Source of the DNA: Deltaproteobacteria bacterium
Lineage (GTDB): Bacteria; Desulfobacterota; Syntrophobacteria; BM002
Assembly (NCBI GenBank): GCA_022340905.1
Contig: JAJDNB010000014.1
Location: 1,227-65,226, forward strand
Reading direction: 5' to 3'
Length of the DNA stretch: 64,000 bases
Below, piece after piece: positions 20,007 through 29,541 of this stretch (positions are counted from its first letter, which is position 1; each line of letters opens with the position of its first letter). A program made the position numbers and the translations under genes. The notes below the pieces were generated by a model, which did no database searches, had not been told where the DNA came from, and worked only from the letters and a program-made list of their open reading frames with translations.

Positions 20007-20576
20007 TTAGGCTTTTTCGACTCGGAGCGACACAGGTGTTCCGTGGCGCACTACATCTAGAACCGCTGAAAACTCTGCCAGTTCCCTAATCTCCTCAGGC
20101 GAGGCATCTGATTTAACCTTGAAGGTTACACTGATGTTCTGATAGCCCTTACGCTCCTCGTCGCTCACTTCGAGAAAAGCACGGGCGTCAAGCTCACCCT
20201 CTAGTGTCGATTCTAATGACTCAATGGTGATGCCTCTGATAGCGGCTTTGTAGATAATGGTACTCGTCAAACAGCCCGCCAGTGAGTGGAGCAGATACTC
20301 CACCGGATTGGGGGCCCGATCCTCTCCCAACAGAACAGGCGGTTCATCGGCATCCACTACAAAGGTTCGATCTTCCGCTCCATGTTCCTCGCCAGCACCG
20401 TAGAACCCTTTGATTGTCGTCCGGTTGTAACCACCCCAATCCCAGCGATTGCTGGCACGGAATTGAAATTTTGCCAGTTCCGCCTCTTCCTTCACCGCCT
20501 GAATGGTCTCCTCATATTCGGTCACATTGATCCCGTTGGTGAACATCGCTTCAGTTGCTTTTGCTTGCTCTTTCAT
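20007..20576 (-). CDS. OsmC/Ohr family protein (organic hydroperoxide / osmotically inducible peroxiredoxin-like)
   Basis: A 189-aa protein with the OsmC-fold conserved region LAGCLTSTIIYKA. Confidence 0.75.
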   Translation of the reverse strand: MKEQAKATEAMFTNGINVTEYEETIQAVKEEAELAKFQFRASNRWDWGGYNRTTIKGFYGAGEEHGAEDRTFVVDADEPPVLLGEDRAPNPVEYLLHSLAGCLTSTIIYKAAIRGITIESLESTLEGELDARAFLEVSDEERKGYQNISVTFKVKSDASPEEIRELAEFSAVLDVVRHGTPVSLRVEKA

Positions 20577-20702
20577 GACGTTCCTCCTTGTTTTTATGAC
20601 CAGCCACTTTTGCGGCCGACGAGTTAATCACTCTCTTGCCCTATAGACTAATATTTGCCCCGGCCTACCGTAAGAGCTAGAATGGCCAAAATAGGTTGAT
20701 TC

Positions 20703-21788
20703 GTGCCAGGGGAGAATAAAATGACCAGTAACAAAAAGCCCATTCACGTTAGTCTGCTAGCGATTCCTGATGCCATGCTCTCAACGCTGAGCAGCCTCTA
20801 CGATGTGCTCAACTGCTTTGAGCTACTGGGCACCTTTGCTGACGGTGTGCCCAACGAGAACCCTTTCCGGCCCGAAATTGTCGCACCCACCCGGGAGCAA
20901 ACCTCCACAGCAAGCGGCTTGCCTGTCACTGCCCATCGCAGCGTGGACAAAATAGACCGCACGGACATCATCATCATTCCTTCTATAATGGTAGAGGGCG
21001 GTGAGTGGCATTCCGGGCGCTACCCGAAAGTGGTAAGCTGGCTGTCGGAGATGCACGCCCAAGGCGCCATGTTGTGTTCAGCCTGTTCTGGGGTTCTGCT
21101 GCTTGCAGAGACAGGTCTCCTCGACGGCGGCGAAGCCACAATTCACTGGGCCTACGCCCGGACCTTCCGGCGGAACTTTCCCAACGTCCGCCTTCGCCTC
21201 GAGAAGGTCCTGGTGGTCACGGGGGAGCGTCAGCAGTTTGTCATGTCGGGTGCATCGGCGTCATGGCACGACCTGGTGCTCTACCTGGTTGCCAGGCATG
21301 TGGGTCCGCCGGCGGCACAAGCGATTGCCAAGTTCATGCTTTTGCAGTGGCATCTGGAAGGACAGGCACCTTACGTCGTATTCGAGAGACCAACAGACCA
21401 CGGAGATGCTGTTGTTCTTGATGTCCAGCAATGGTTGGACGATCATTTCTCTGTTGCATCTCCAGTCGATGAAATGGTCAAGCGGTCTGGCCTGGCGGAG
21501 AGAAGCTTTAAGCGCCGTTTCAAGAAAGCAACGGGTAATACTCCCATAGCATACGTCCAGTCCCTGCGGGTTGAGGAAGCCAAGCGGAGGCTAGAGAGAA
21601 CCGGCGCGCCGATCGACGAGATCGGCTGGAATGTGGGCTACGAGGATCCGGCCTTTTTTCGTCGTTTATTCAAGCGGATCACAGGGATTACCCCGGGTGC
21701 TTACAGAAGGAAATTTCGGCTGCCGGACTTTGCTGTCAATGCAGCCAGTGATGTACAGCAGGCAGCGGGCAGCGAGCAGTTTTTATAG
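20703..21788 (+). CDS. GlxA-type transcriptional regulator: DJ-1/PfpI domain fused to an AraC-family HTH
   Basis: The N-terminus is class-I glutamine amidotransferase-like (DJ-1/PfpI). The C-terminus carries a double HTH (IAYVQSLRVEEAKRRL...VGYEDPAFFRRLFKRITGITPGAYRR). It is divergent from osmC across a 126-bp shared promoter region. Confidence 0.85.
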   Translation: MPGENKMTSNKKPIHVSLLAIPDAMLSTLSSLYDVLNCFELLGTFADGVPNENPFRPEIVAPTREQTSTASGLPVTAHRSVDKIDRTDIIIIPSIMVEGGEWHSGRYPKVVSWLSEMHAQGAMLCSACSGVLLLAETGLLDGGEATIHWAYARTFRRNFPNVRLRLEKVLVVTGERQQFVMSGASASWHDLVLYLVARHVGPPAAQAIAKFMLLQWHLEGQAPYVVFERPTDHGDAVVLDVQQWLDDHFSVASPVDEMVKRSGLAERSFKRRFKKATGNTPIAYVQSLRVEEAKRRLERTGAPIDEIGWNVGYEDPAFFRRLFKRITGITPGAYRRKFRLPDFAVNAASDVQQAAGSEQFL

Positions 21789-21789
21789 G

Positions 21790-22130
21790 ACACAGATTTA
21801 CACAGATATTTATCTAAACAACAAGCCACAATCTCAGGTCGATTCGTCGATTGGTCAAATCACGCAAGCATAGAGCATAGGGTCAGACGACTGAGGACAG
21901 CAGGGTTACGCGGCGAAAAAGGCGGAGATCGGAGGTCAGAGGTCGGAGGTCAGAGGGCAGAAGACAGAGGACAGACGACAGAAGGTCAAATCGTCAATAT
22001 GTCAAATAGTCAAATGGTTATGAATGACCACGATGACTAATTAACTATTTGCCTAATTTCCCAATTGACCAATCGACCATTTGACTAATTCTCTCATTCC
22101 CTAATTCCCTACCTGCTTGTCGCTTACTGT
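21790..22130. repeat. Mosaic intergenic repeat block including an inverted copy of the roughly 100-bp conserved element
   Basis: Contains catagagcatagggtcagacgac, ggtcagaggtcggaggtcagagggcagaagacagaggacagacgacagaaggtcaaatcgtcaatatgtcaaatagtcaaatggtta-tgaatgaccacgatgac-aatt...gcctaatttcccaattgaccaatcgacc. That last run is the reverse complement of 39471..39570 and 57137..57240. Confidence 0.65.
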
Positions 22131-22140
22131 TTGAGCAGCA

Positions 22141-22464
22141 TCAGAAGCCGAATCCAATATGGATTTGGGTTCCGTAGGGAGAAACAGAAAGCCCAAAGAG
22201 AGAGTAGTGGCCATAGCCGTAATAGTTTGGTCTGTAGTTATATCTATAACGGTAATAGGGGTGCCTCGCATAAGGGTGATTGTAGCCGTAGAATCTGTGG
22301 TTTCTGTAAACCCTTTGGTAGTGACTTCTGTTGGCCTTTTTGTACACACCACTGTGACCGGAGCGATAGTGGCCATCCCGTGCCTTCGCAGGAGACCCCC
22401 AAGCGACCAGAGAGATTGCCAAAAGAGCGGCTATTATAATCTTAGTAATGTTTTTCATTTTCAT
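22141..22464 (-). CDS. Small secreted Tyr/Arg/His/Asn-rich low-complexity protein
   Basis: Has a signal peptide (MKMKNITKIIIAALLAISLVAWGSPAKA). The mature region of about 79 aa carries roughly 17 Tyr plus many Arg, His, Asn, Gly and Pro (HPYYRYRYNYRPNYYGYGHY). The C-terminus ends ...IHIGFGF. Confidence 0.5.
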   Translation of the reverse strand: MKMKNITKIIIAALLAISLVAWGSPAKARDGHYRSGHSGVYKKANRSHYQRVYRNHRFYGYNHPYARHPYYRYRYNYRPNYYGYGHYSLFGLSVSPYGTQIHIGFGF

Positions 22465-22650
22465 CCCCCTTTCATAACTATTAATCGGATGAACAACGAA
22501 AAAGGTTACACCTTGATCAAGAAATTTTACCCAGCTCTAAGCCAGGATATTGCAGCTCGACCTTGAAGGAAAAAGTAGGGATAGAAGTATAATATATGGA
22601 TTTTTGGGAGATGAATGCGGATTTACTATAGTGACGAATAACCGATTTAA

Positions 22651-23073
22651 TTATTTATTTTCAGCCTTCTCAAAATGCCTGAGGGGCCTTGAAAATTTTA
22701 CTGCAACTCCTTCGTTATCCCCAGTGAGTCTGACGATTCGTGCTGAACCTTGAAGGCCAATAGTCTCCTCTTGGCCCGAGAAACTGGGTGGAATAAATAG
22801 GGTTAGGATTATCTGATCGTGGAGTTGGAAGGCATGCAAGTCATTGAGCCTGATAAAAGCTCCACAGGGCCCAATGTTTTCGGTGACTCCGTCGATTGGA
22901 AAATACACCCCCACCTTGCAAAACTTTGCCGAAAAGTGGCGGTTCAATCTCACAGTTTTTCTACGTTCAGCGAATTCCCCTTGAAGCTGGGTACTATCTT
23001 GGGCTGCATCAGGAGCGGCACAATAGCCTTGCTCTTTATCTTTATGGGCCTTAGCTTTCATAATCCATCTCAA
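22651..23073 (-). CDS. PilZ domain protein (putative c-di-GMP receptor)
   Basis: Has an RRKTVRL (RxxxR) motif followed by a D-x-S-x-x-G-like motif (DGVTENIGPCG), typical of PilZ. Length is 140 aa. Confidence 0.6.
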   Translation of the reverse strand: MRWIMKAKAHKDKEQGYCAAPDAAQDSTQLQGEFAERRKTVRLNRHFSAKFCKVGVYFPIDGVTENIGPCGAFIRLNDLHAFQLHDQIILTLFIPPSFSGQEETIGLQGSARIVRLTGDNEGVAVKFSRPLRHFEKAENK

Positions 23074-23395
23074 GAAAAGAATGAAAAAGATTTCAGGTTC
23101 TCTTTACTAAGAATAGTCAAAATGGCTTCAAAAAAGTTCCATCTCGCCAAAGAAAGCTCCCACTTACCCGCCCAGTGAAAGCCGATTGGAGTCATCGCTA
23201 ACATTCAGATGACATCCCTTGCTTCACTATTTGTTCTAAAATTTCAACTCAAAATATAGCTGGTTGGTCTCAGGTGGCCAACTGTTCAAATGATATCATG
23301 CTTAGACTTCTCAGAGAGCAGTGCGGATTCTAATTTGGTGACCCACCTGGACGAAAGGCCCATTCCAACTTCTTCTCTTTTCTTTTGATTCTGTC

Positions 23396-23647
23396 TTACC
23401 GCAACTGAAAGGTGGTTATGCACGTCTTGCTGTCATTGAACGTTTCGATCGTACCCTTCGCACTTCGATTCAATCCTTTGATTTCCAGTTCGATCTTGCG
23501 GTCCCTCGGCAGCCACAGTTCAAAAAAACCATTTCGCATGGTTGAAATTGTCCTATCGACCAAAACATTTCCCTTTTGATCAACAGCTTTTACCTGAAAC
23601 TTCTTCTGGACCAATTCCCCCTGACAGGAGGACATGTAATGAATCAT
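23396..23647 (-). CDS. Hypothetical protein: C-terminal half of the split gene, or a translationally coupled small ORF
   Basis: Starts MIHYMSSCQGE... directly after the upstream TGA, in the same frame, with no Shine-Dalgarno motif. Length is 83 aa. Confidence 0.4.
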   Translation of the reverse strand: MIHYMSSCQGELVQKKFQVKAVDQKGNVLVDRTISTMRNGFFELWLPRDRKIELEIKGLNRSAKGTIETFNDSKTCITTFQLR

Positions 23648-23941
23648 TCAGCGATGCGTTTGATTTATGTAGGGAGCCACCGCCACTACCATTCTGTCTT
23701 TTGGCAGGGGAATCCCTTTGACTCTCTTGTCAGGGAAAATAAATATTACCCCCTGCGGGGTAACGTAGCTCTTGACCTCCTTTCTGGTCCACTTCCATTG
23801 GTTAGCGATTTCCATTGCTTGAACGGCATCAATGTTATCCAGTGAAACATATGCTGATTTTTCATCGCCTTTTACGGCATACGCCGGAAGCGACACGCTC
23901 ATTCCCCAAAAAACAACAAGGAGTATCATCGAATATCTCAT
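23648..23941 (-). CDS. Secreted hypothetical protein: N-terminal half of a gene split by an in-frame TGA
   Basis: Has a signal peptide (MRYSMILLVVFWGMSVSLPAYA). The ORF ends ...NQTHR at a TGA codon at 23648..23650, immediately followed in the same frame by the ATG at 23645..23647. Confidence 0.45.
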   Translation of the reverse strand: MRYSMILLVVFWGMSVSLPAYAVKGDEKSAYVSLDNIDAVQAMEIANQWKWTRKEVKSYVTPQGVIFIFPDKRVKGIPLPKDRMVVAVAPYINQTHR

Positions 23942-24305
23942 CTTTCTCCTCCAAATCTTTTGACCATTCAGTTTTGCCCTAGAGGTGATCAGCAGAACAT
24001 TAACATAGTTAACCTTCGTGGTTAAATGTAGAGGCTAAAAAACCTCATATCATCAGCGCATTTTAAGAAAATTCACTTGAGCTTCTTAGTCAAGGTGAAC
24101 ACAGCAGAATTCCCTAGTTAGTCGATTGCATGAGAAGGTACAGATCCGCTTTGAGCCAGATTCCCTGCCGGTTTGGCACAGATGGTTGAAGACTGACCGT
24201 TGAACTCTGCACCTCAATGCTTACATTGATCGGAAAACAGGGTCAGATAAAGAAGTATTTGTTTGAATCCCAAAAGGACGACGAGCAGCTCAAAGGAGAA
24301 ATGTC

Positions 24306-25043
24306 ATGAAGTATGCTTTCACCCTTTTTTTTATACTGGCTATGGTGTCCACTGCAGATGGTGCCGGGGAGTTCGTCTCTTATGAAGTGGAGGGAAAACC
24401 CTATGAGGGATATTTTATCAGTCCTTCTGCCGATGCCCCACTGGTACTGCTTATCCATGACTGGGACGGTCTGACTGATTATGAGGTGAAGCGTGCCAAC
24501 ATGTTGGCCAAAATGGGGTATACGGTTTTTGCCGCCGATTTGTTTGGCGCCGGAGTTAGACCGACCGAGGTTCAGGACAAACGTCAGCACACGGGTGAGC
24601 TGTACCAAGACCGTGCTAAAATGCGCGCCTTGATACAAGCTGCACTGGCAACTGCCGAGTCCAAAGGCGGTAATGTCCACAATGGAGTGGCAATGGGATA
24701 CTGCTTTGGTGGAGCTGCCGTACTCGAGTTCGCCAGGTCAGGGGCAAACATGAAAGGGTTTGTCACCTTTCATGGTGGACTGAGCACACCAGCAGGCCAG
24801 GATTACTCGAAGACGAAGGGAAAACTGCTCATTCTGCACGGCACAGCAGACAAAAACGTCACCATGGATCAGTTTGCCAAGCTTGCCGTCGAGTTAGAAG
24901 AAGCAGGTGTTTCACACGAAATGATTACCTACGGCGGAGCACCACACGCCTTCACTGTGTTTGGACAGGAGCGGTATCGAGAAGATGCCGACAAAAAATC
25001 ATGGAAACGTTTTTCGGAATTTCTTACGGAGACACTTGATTGA
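24306..25043 (+). CDS. Dienelactone hydrolase family protein (secreted)
   Basis: Has a signal peptide and a DLH-fold alpha/beta hydrolase with the nucleophile motif GYCFGG and a His-containing C-terminus (GAPHAF). Confidence 0.85.
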   Translation: MKYAFTLFFILAMVSTADGAGEFVSYEVEGKPYEGYFISPSADAPLVLLIHDWDGLTDYEVKRANMLAKMGYTVFAADLFGAGVRPTEVQDKRQHTGELYQDRAKMRALIQAALATAESKGGNVHNGVAMGYCFGGAAVLEFARSGANMKGFVTFHGGLSTPAGQDYSKTKGKLLILHGTADKNVTMDQFAKLAVELEEAGVSHEMITYGGAPHAFTVFGQERYREDADKKSWKRFSEFLTETLD

Positions 25044-25058
25044 CCACCCTGTACGTTG

Positions 25059-25901
25059 TCAATTGCTCCCTACTTCGGGACAGTGGCTGATGGCCTCGGC
25101 GACAGCTCGCATGTGTGCTTTTTCGGCCTGGGCAATGGAAAGAAAAGCACTTTTTGCCTCCTCAATCTCAGTCTGTTCAGACATGGTGCGGTAGAGATCA
25201 TAGGCGCAATACTCGATATCCAATGCCATCTCCAACAGAGTGAGGCAAACGTTTTCCTCTATTGTTTCCAGCCGCCGCAAAACATCTTCCAGACGTTCGC
25301 CCCCCTCGAGGACTTCTCCCTTGAGTTCGCTGAACAGGGAATCGAATGGTGGAGGCTGAGGCTCACTCTCCTTCCAGAACCGGTAGATAATCTTGGCGTG
25401 ATCCGTCTCTGCCTGACCCAGATGTTCTATTGTCTTTGCAAACCGTTCTCTGCCAAACTTATCTTGAACACAGGTGTAGAATCGGTAGGCACCTTTTTCC
25501 AGATCCATGGATTTGAAAAGGAGTTCTGCAAGCCCCTTCCCTTTGTCAAAAACCTCCACCTTGGGAAAACCAGGAAGCGCTTTTCCGTCCCAGGCCATAA
25601 TACCGCCGGCCAGGTTGTAGATCTTTTTGCCCGAGACTTCACCTTCGGCGGCCAGGGCAGACGCTGCTCGGGAGCGGTTGCCACTTCGGCAGTAGAAAAT
25701 CATCTCTCTATCTTCGGGCAGTTCAAGCAGCCTGGATTCAAGTCCCATGAGGGGTATGAGATTCGCTCCCGGGATGTGACCAGCAGTGTATTCCTCCGGT
25801 TGGCGAACGTCTATGAGCAAATAGTCGCTCTCCTTCTTCTTTTGCGCGTACTCTTTGAACTGCTCGGGTGAGAGTTCGGCAAACCCCCATTTGTTCTCCA
25901 T
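25059..25901 (-). CDS. Rhodanese-domain protein fused to a C-terminal ferritin-like (rubrerythrin-like) helical domain
   Basis: The N-terminus is a rhodanese fold (LIDVRQPEEYTAGHIPGANLIP...FYCRSGNRS, with a catalytic Cys). The C-terminal 150 aa carry E/H-rich helices (GQAETDHAKI, EMALDIEYCAYDLYRTM, AQAEKAHMRAV). Confidence 0.75.
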   Translation of the reverse strand: MENKWGFAELSPEQFKEYAQKKKESDYLLIDVRQPEEYTAGHIPGANLIPLMGLESRLLELPEDREMIFYCRSGNRSRAASALAAEGEVSGKKIYNLAGGIMAWDGKALPGFPKVEVFDKGKGLAELLFKSMDLEKGAYRFYTCVQDKFGRERFAKTIEHLGQAETDHAKIIYRFWKESEPQPPPFDSLFSELKGEVLEGGERLEDVLRRLETIEENVCLTLLEMALDIEYCAYDLYRTMSEQTEIEEAKSAFLSIAQAEKAHMRAVAEAISHCPEVGSN

Positions 25902-26115
25902 AAGAACTCCTCTTTAAGTGCGGGCAATGATTTTACCACAACGGTTCCAAATTAGCTCTTGGTGCTCTCTGTTTTGGAGTGATTTTCACAAGAGAGCTCT
26001 CACGGGGATGAAAAGTGGAAGGCCGTTCCGATCAAAACTGATAGGGGAGACCTGGTAAACATTTTTACGGAGCTGCTGCGAGGTCATGGGCGATTGAAAT
26101 CAGGAATTACTAGCA

Positions 26116-26298
26116 TCATTTGGGAGTTTCAGGCGGCTGCTTAAACTCTTTCTGCAGCGCCTCTTCAACAGCTTGCCGGTGGCAAACGTTGCAGAGAAAG
26201 TAAGTTCCCCACGGAATGAAATACTCTCTTCTGCCTTGCTCTACGTGAGAATAACTAACCTCACACTGGGCACACTTTGTCTGAGAGTTGGTTTTCAT
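26116..26298 (-). CDS. Small zinc-ribbon-like protein (CxxC...CxxC)
   Basis: A 60-aa protein with two CxxC pairs (CAQCE ... CNVCH). Confidence 0.4.
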   Translation of the reverse strand: MKTNSQTKCAQCEVSYSHVEQGRREYFIPWGTYFLCNVCHRQAVEEALQKEFKQPPETPK

Positions 26299-26375
26299 AT
26301 TGACTCTTCCTCACTCTCAGGTCCTTCAAGTTCTCGGACCCTTTTTAATGGAAGGGGTAATGAAAACTACTGGCC

Positions 26376-26681
26376 TCAGCCTACATCTTCAGCGCAGTCC
26401 TCGCAGATGACGATGGTCTCGCGCCCCTTGAAGCCCTCCACTTTCACTTCGTACCTCTCCAGGTAGACCGCATCACTTGAAGTCTCACCTTCAGGCTGTT
26501 CGACCTGAGCGTAGAAGGCCAATGCAGGAAGCCAGCGTTTGCACAGGTTGCAGTGAAGCCTGAGAGTGTTCAAGCTTTCGAGCTTTTCTTTCGAGACCCG
26601 GATAAGACTGCGGCTGTGGATTCCATACTTTGCAGATGACTTATTGTATTCATGAATTTTACGAGTCTTTCTAAAGGCCAT
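26376..26681 (-). CDS. Small cysteine-containing hypothetical protein (CxxC...CxxC)
   Basis: A 101-aa protein with CNLCKR ... CEDCAED, on the same strand as and adjacent to the 60-aa zinc-ribbon ORF. Confidence 0.4.
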   Translation of the reverse strand: MAFRKTRKIHEYNKSSAKYGIHSRSLIRVSKEKLESLNTLRLHCNLCKRWLPALAFYAQVEQPEGETSSDAVYLERYEVKVEGFKGRETIVICEDCAEDVG

Positions 26682-26851
26682 CAGGTTGTGTACCTCCTTT
26701 AGCGCTATCTGTAATTATCACGACAATGAAGATTCGAGCTAGTTGTGTGCCTCAAGCAAATGTTTGGTCAAATCTTTTGCCGATTCAGGCACATTGCCAA
26801 GCGGACCGGCAAGAGCAAACAGAGCGGGTTATGAACAAAAAAACCCCTCGA

Positions 26852-26880
26852 CTCGGAGGGGTACCAGGCCTTTCTTTGCT
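26852..26880 (-). terminator. Putative Rho-independent terminator on the minus strand
   Basis: The plus-strand sequence aacaaaaaaacccctcgactcggaggggtacc gives, on the minus strand, a 6-bp GC stem (cccctc/gagggg) followed by a T-run. It lies roughly 290 nt downstream of the 27166..27477 gene. Confidence 0.4.
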
Positions 26881-27165
26881 CCTTGTGAGCCGCATCGTTC
26901 CACTTTGGGTCTGGTTTTGGCACCTTGGCGGCTAGTCCAGGTTGCCGTGACAGTCATTGAGCCAGTTCTCTCGCGTCACTCTCAATGCTATGTTTGTCGA
27001 CTCCGCTGCGGAGACCTAATAACACCCTCCTACTACAATGAATAGGCCGTTGTTGGCTGACGAGCCTTTCACGTACCATAGATAAGAAGTCCATGTCAAA
27101 TAGCAATTCGGAAAGATCCTCCCAATTCTGCCCGCTGAGTTCCATTCCACAGGGTAATAGGAAAA

Positions 27166-27477
27166 TTAGGTGATCACTGAAGGGCGTTTCCCGTGCGGAT
27201 TTATGCCGTCGTTCGTTACCAAGACCTCTTTGCTCCCGAATATTTCGAGATAAGCCTTGAGATTATCAACTTTAAGGGAAATGACGATATCCTCCAGTTC
27301 ATTTTCACTGAGAAAATCACTTGCAACACCTATCAAATGTTTTGTCTCACCAGTTGGTGCTGAAACATGAAACATATATCTACCCAATGTGGCGTCCCAT
27401 ACGTTCTCGACAACGCACCCAGGAAACAACTCTGTTAAGTAGTTTTCGATTGCTGACAGTTTGTCCTTTTCGGCCAT
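27166..27477 (-). CDS. Hypothetical protein
   Basis: A 103-aa acidic ORF with coding-like composition. No family was recognised. Confidence 0.45.
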   Translation of the reverse strand: MAEKDKLSAIENYLTELFPGCVVENVWDATLGRYMFHVSAPTGETKHLIGVASDFLSENELEDIVISLKVDNLKAYLEIFGSKEVLVTNDGINPHGKRPSVIT

Positions 27478-27629
27478 CCAGTCGCCTCCTGATTTTCTGG
27501 TTACGTGGAATAATCGTCAGCGGGGCAAGCAAGACAGGTGGTGGGACTCCGCAATCCCTACCCGCCACCACGTCCGACGCCGCGCCCGCCATGCGAGCAA
27601 GGCGAGGCGGGCGGGCTCAATCCGAATCT

Positions 27630-29522
27630 CTACTTTTTTTCTATCTCTCGCATTTTCAAGCGCAAATAGCTATCCTGAGCTTCGGGGTTTTCAGGATCTA
27701 CTTCGAGCACTCTATTATAGGTAGATAATGCCTTTTCGGTCTTGCCGATCTGCTCATAAAGCCCGGCCAGGTGCATTAAATAGCTGGTATTTTTTGGCGC
27801 CAGTTTTACCAGAGCCTCAAATTGGTGAATCGCCTCCACCAGAAGATTCCGTTTTTCGTAGGAAACGGCGAGAAAATATCGAAGTTCGGGTTGCTCAGGC
27901 AGCTTGCCCACGGCGCTAGCAAGGGTCTTGGTCATCTCCTCGTAGGCCTCCAGTTGATCGTAAAGCTCAAATGCCTTCACATAGTAATGCCAATAGTTGG
28001 GGCGTAGTTTCATAAGCTCTTCTAGAACCGCCAGTGCTTTGCGGGGTTTTTTCTCCTGACGATAAATCTCCACCAAATATTCTCTGGCGTCAATGTCCTT
28101 TTTGTCCAGTTTCAATACCGCTGCGAATGCTTTAGCAGCCTGGTCGTATTGCTTCATTTCATAGTAGAGGACTCCTTTGTTGTAGTGCACTACCTTGTTG
28201 TCGGGTGCCAGTGCAGCTATGGCCTCGTAGGTAGCCGCGGCCTCCTTGTCCATTTTTAATTTCTCATAGATGTCAACCAGCGCCAGATGTGCCTTGAGCG
28301 ATTGGGGATTGTCCTTGATAATCTCCTTGAGGGTTTTTATTGCCTGTTGATCCTTTTTCCTTTTTTGGTACACCGCTGCCAGACGCATTCTCGCATCTAC
28401 ATCCTTAGGTTTTTCTTTGAGGTAGGTGAGTATGCTCTTTTCTGCCTGGCGATAATTTCCAACCCTGCTATAGGCCTCACCTAAATTCAGCTGGATGAGA
28501 GGGTTATCAACTCCACCGGCCAAGGCTCTTTTGTAAAATTCTATGGCCTTTCGCCACTCTCCCTGCTGACCATACAGCGTACCAAGGTAAGCGTAGACCT
28601 CCGGCTGGTAGGGTTTTGGAAAATCATTCAAGTTGGTGGCGAGGAAAGAGGCCGCTTGCTCTGGATTTCTTTTCGCGTTCAGATATGAAATAAATCCGTA
28701 AAATGGTACTTTGTCGTTACCGCTTGCTTCGATGAGTCTGATATAGGAAGTAAGGACTTGCTCGGTCTTGCCCGCCTTCTGGTAAGCTTCAACCAGTTTT
28801 TGCAGGATGGATGCGGTCTTGCTGGTGGCCGCAACCTTTTCATAAGTAGAAGCCGCCTTTGCCCATTCGTCCTGTTCAGCGTAAAGCTGGGCGAGATTTG
28901 TCAAAATCAAGGCATTGTGCGAGGCCAAGCGAGCGGCTCGTTCATAGTAGCGCAGCTTCTCTTGAGGACTTGTTGCCTGTTGCGCTTTGAATACCCAGTC
29001 TTTCGCTAGAAGTCGTACGACCATGTTGAAGTGACCAATGGGCTGAGATCCCGATATTACCTCCACCACAGCTTTCAAGGGTTTTTCTTGATCGAAATCG
29101 GGCCAGAATTTCCTAATCTCCCGACGGCCCTCCAGCAGTTCATTAGCCGGAAACTCGCTGGAGCTCAGTCTCAAGCCCCAGTTAAATCTGCCATCAGTGT
29201 GGATGTCATCGACTTCGACCACATCTGCCGGGTTTACCACCAGGGTGCCTTCAGCTGGCACGGTGTGTGAGACCCCGTTTACAATTAAATCAACTGAAAT
29301 GAGCTTGCCGGGCACGGGGAACATGTCTCGGAGGGCGGTGTAGGGCGCAAAGACAACAACATAAATAACCCCGGCAATAACGCCCGCGAGCATCAAGAGC
29401 ACAATGGACCATTTAACTTTGCGAGAAATTGTCCGACGCCTCTCTCTCGCCTGCAAGGCCGCGAGCCGTTCCTGCTCCAACCGTCTGATAGGAATCCTCT
29501 TTCGCGTTGTTTTATTCTGCAT
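27630..29522 (-). CDS. Membrane-anchored tetratricopeptide (TPR) repeat protein
   Basis: Has an N-terminal TM segment (WSIVLLMLAGVIAGVIYVVVF) followed by more than 10 TPR units (AxxxYxxA... patterns). Length is 630 aa. Confidence 0.8.
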   Translation of the reverse strand: MQNKTTRKRIPIRRLEQERLAALQARERRRTISRKVKWSIVLLMLAGVIAGVIYVVVFAPYTALRDMFPVPGKLISVDLIVNGVSHTVPAEGTLVVNPADVVEVDDIHTDGRFNWGLRLSSSEFPANELLEGRREIRKFWPDFDQEKPLKAVVEVISGSQPIGHFNMVVRLLAKDWVFKAQQATSPQEKLRYYERAARLASHNALILTNLAQLYAEQDEWAKAASTYEKVAATSKTASILQKLVEAYQKAGKTEQVLTSYIRLIEASGNDKVPFYGFISYLNAKRNPEQAASFLATNLNDFPKPYQPEVYAYLGTLYGQQGEWRKAIEFYKRALAGGVDNPLIQLNLGEAYSRVGNYRQAEKSILTYLKEKPKDVDARMRLAAVYQKRKKDQQAIKTLKEIIKDNPQSLKAHLALVDIYEKLKMDKEAAATYEAIAALAPDNKVVHYNKGVLYYEMKQYDQAAKAFAAVLKLDKKDIDAREYLVEIYRQEKKPRKALAVLEELMKLRPNYWHYYVKAFELYDQLEAYEEMTKTLASAVGKLPEQPELRYFLAVSYEKRNLLVEAIHQFEALVKLAPKNTSYLMHLAGLYEQIGKTEKALSTYNRVLEVDPENPEAQDSYLRLKMREIEKK

Positions 29523-29541
29523 TCGTAGATCTATTCCTCTC

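Noticed and set aside
21005-21549. Arg/Pro-rich ORFs overlapping the AraC/GlxA regulator gene
   Set aside because: They are alternative frames of a GC-rich, well-supported CDS.
26954-27145. 63-aa minus-strand ORF between the 27166 gene and a putative terminator
   Set aside because: It could be a real small protein. No motif, Shine-Dalgarno or conservation evidence is visible, so it is left uncalled.
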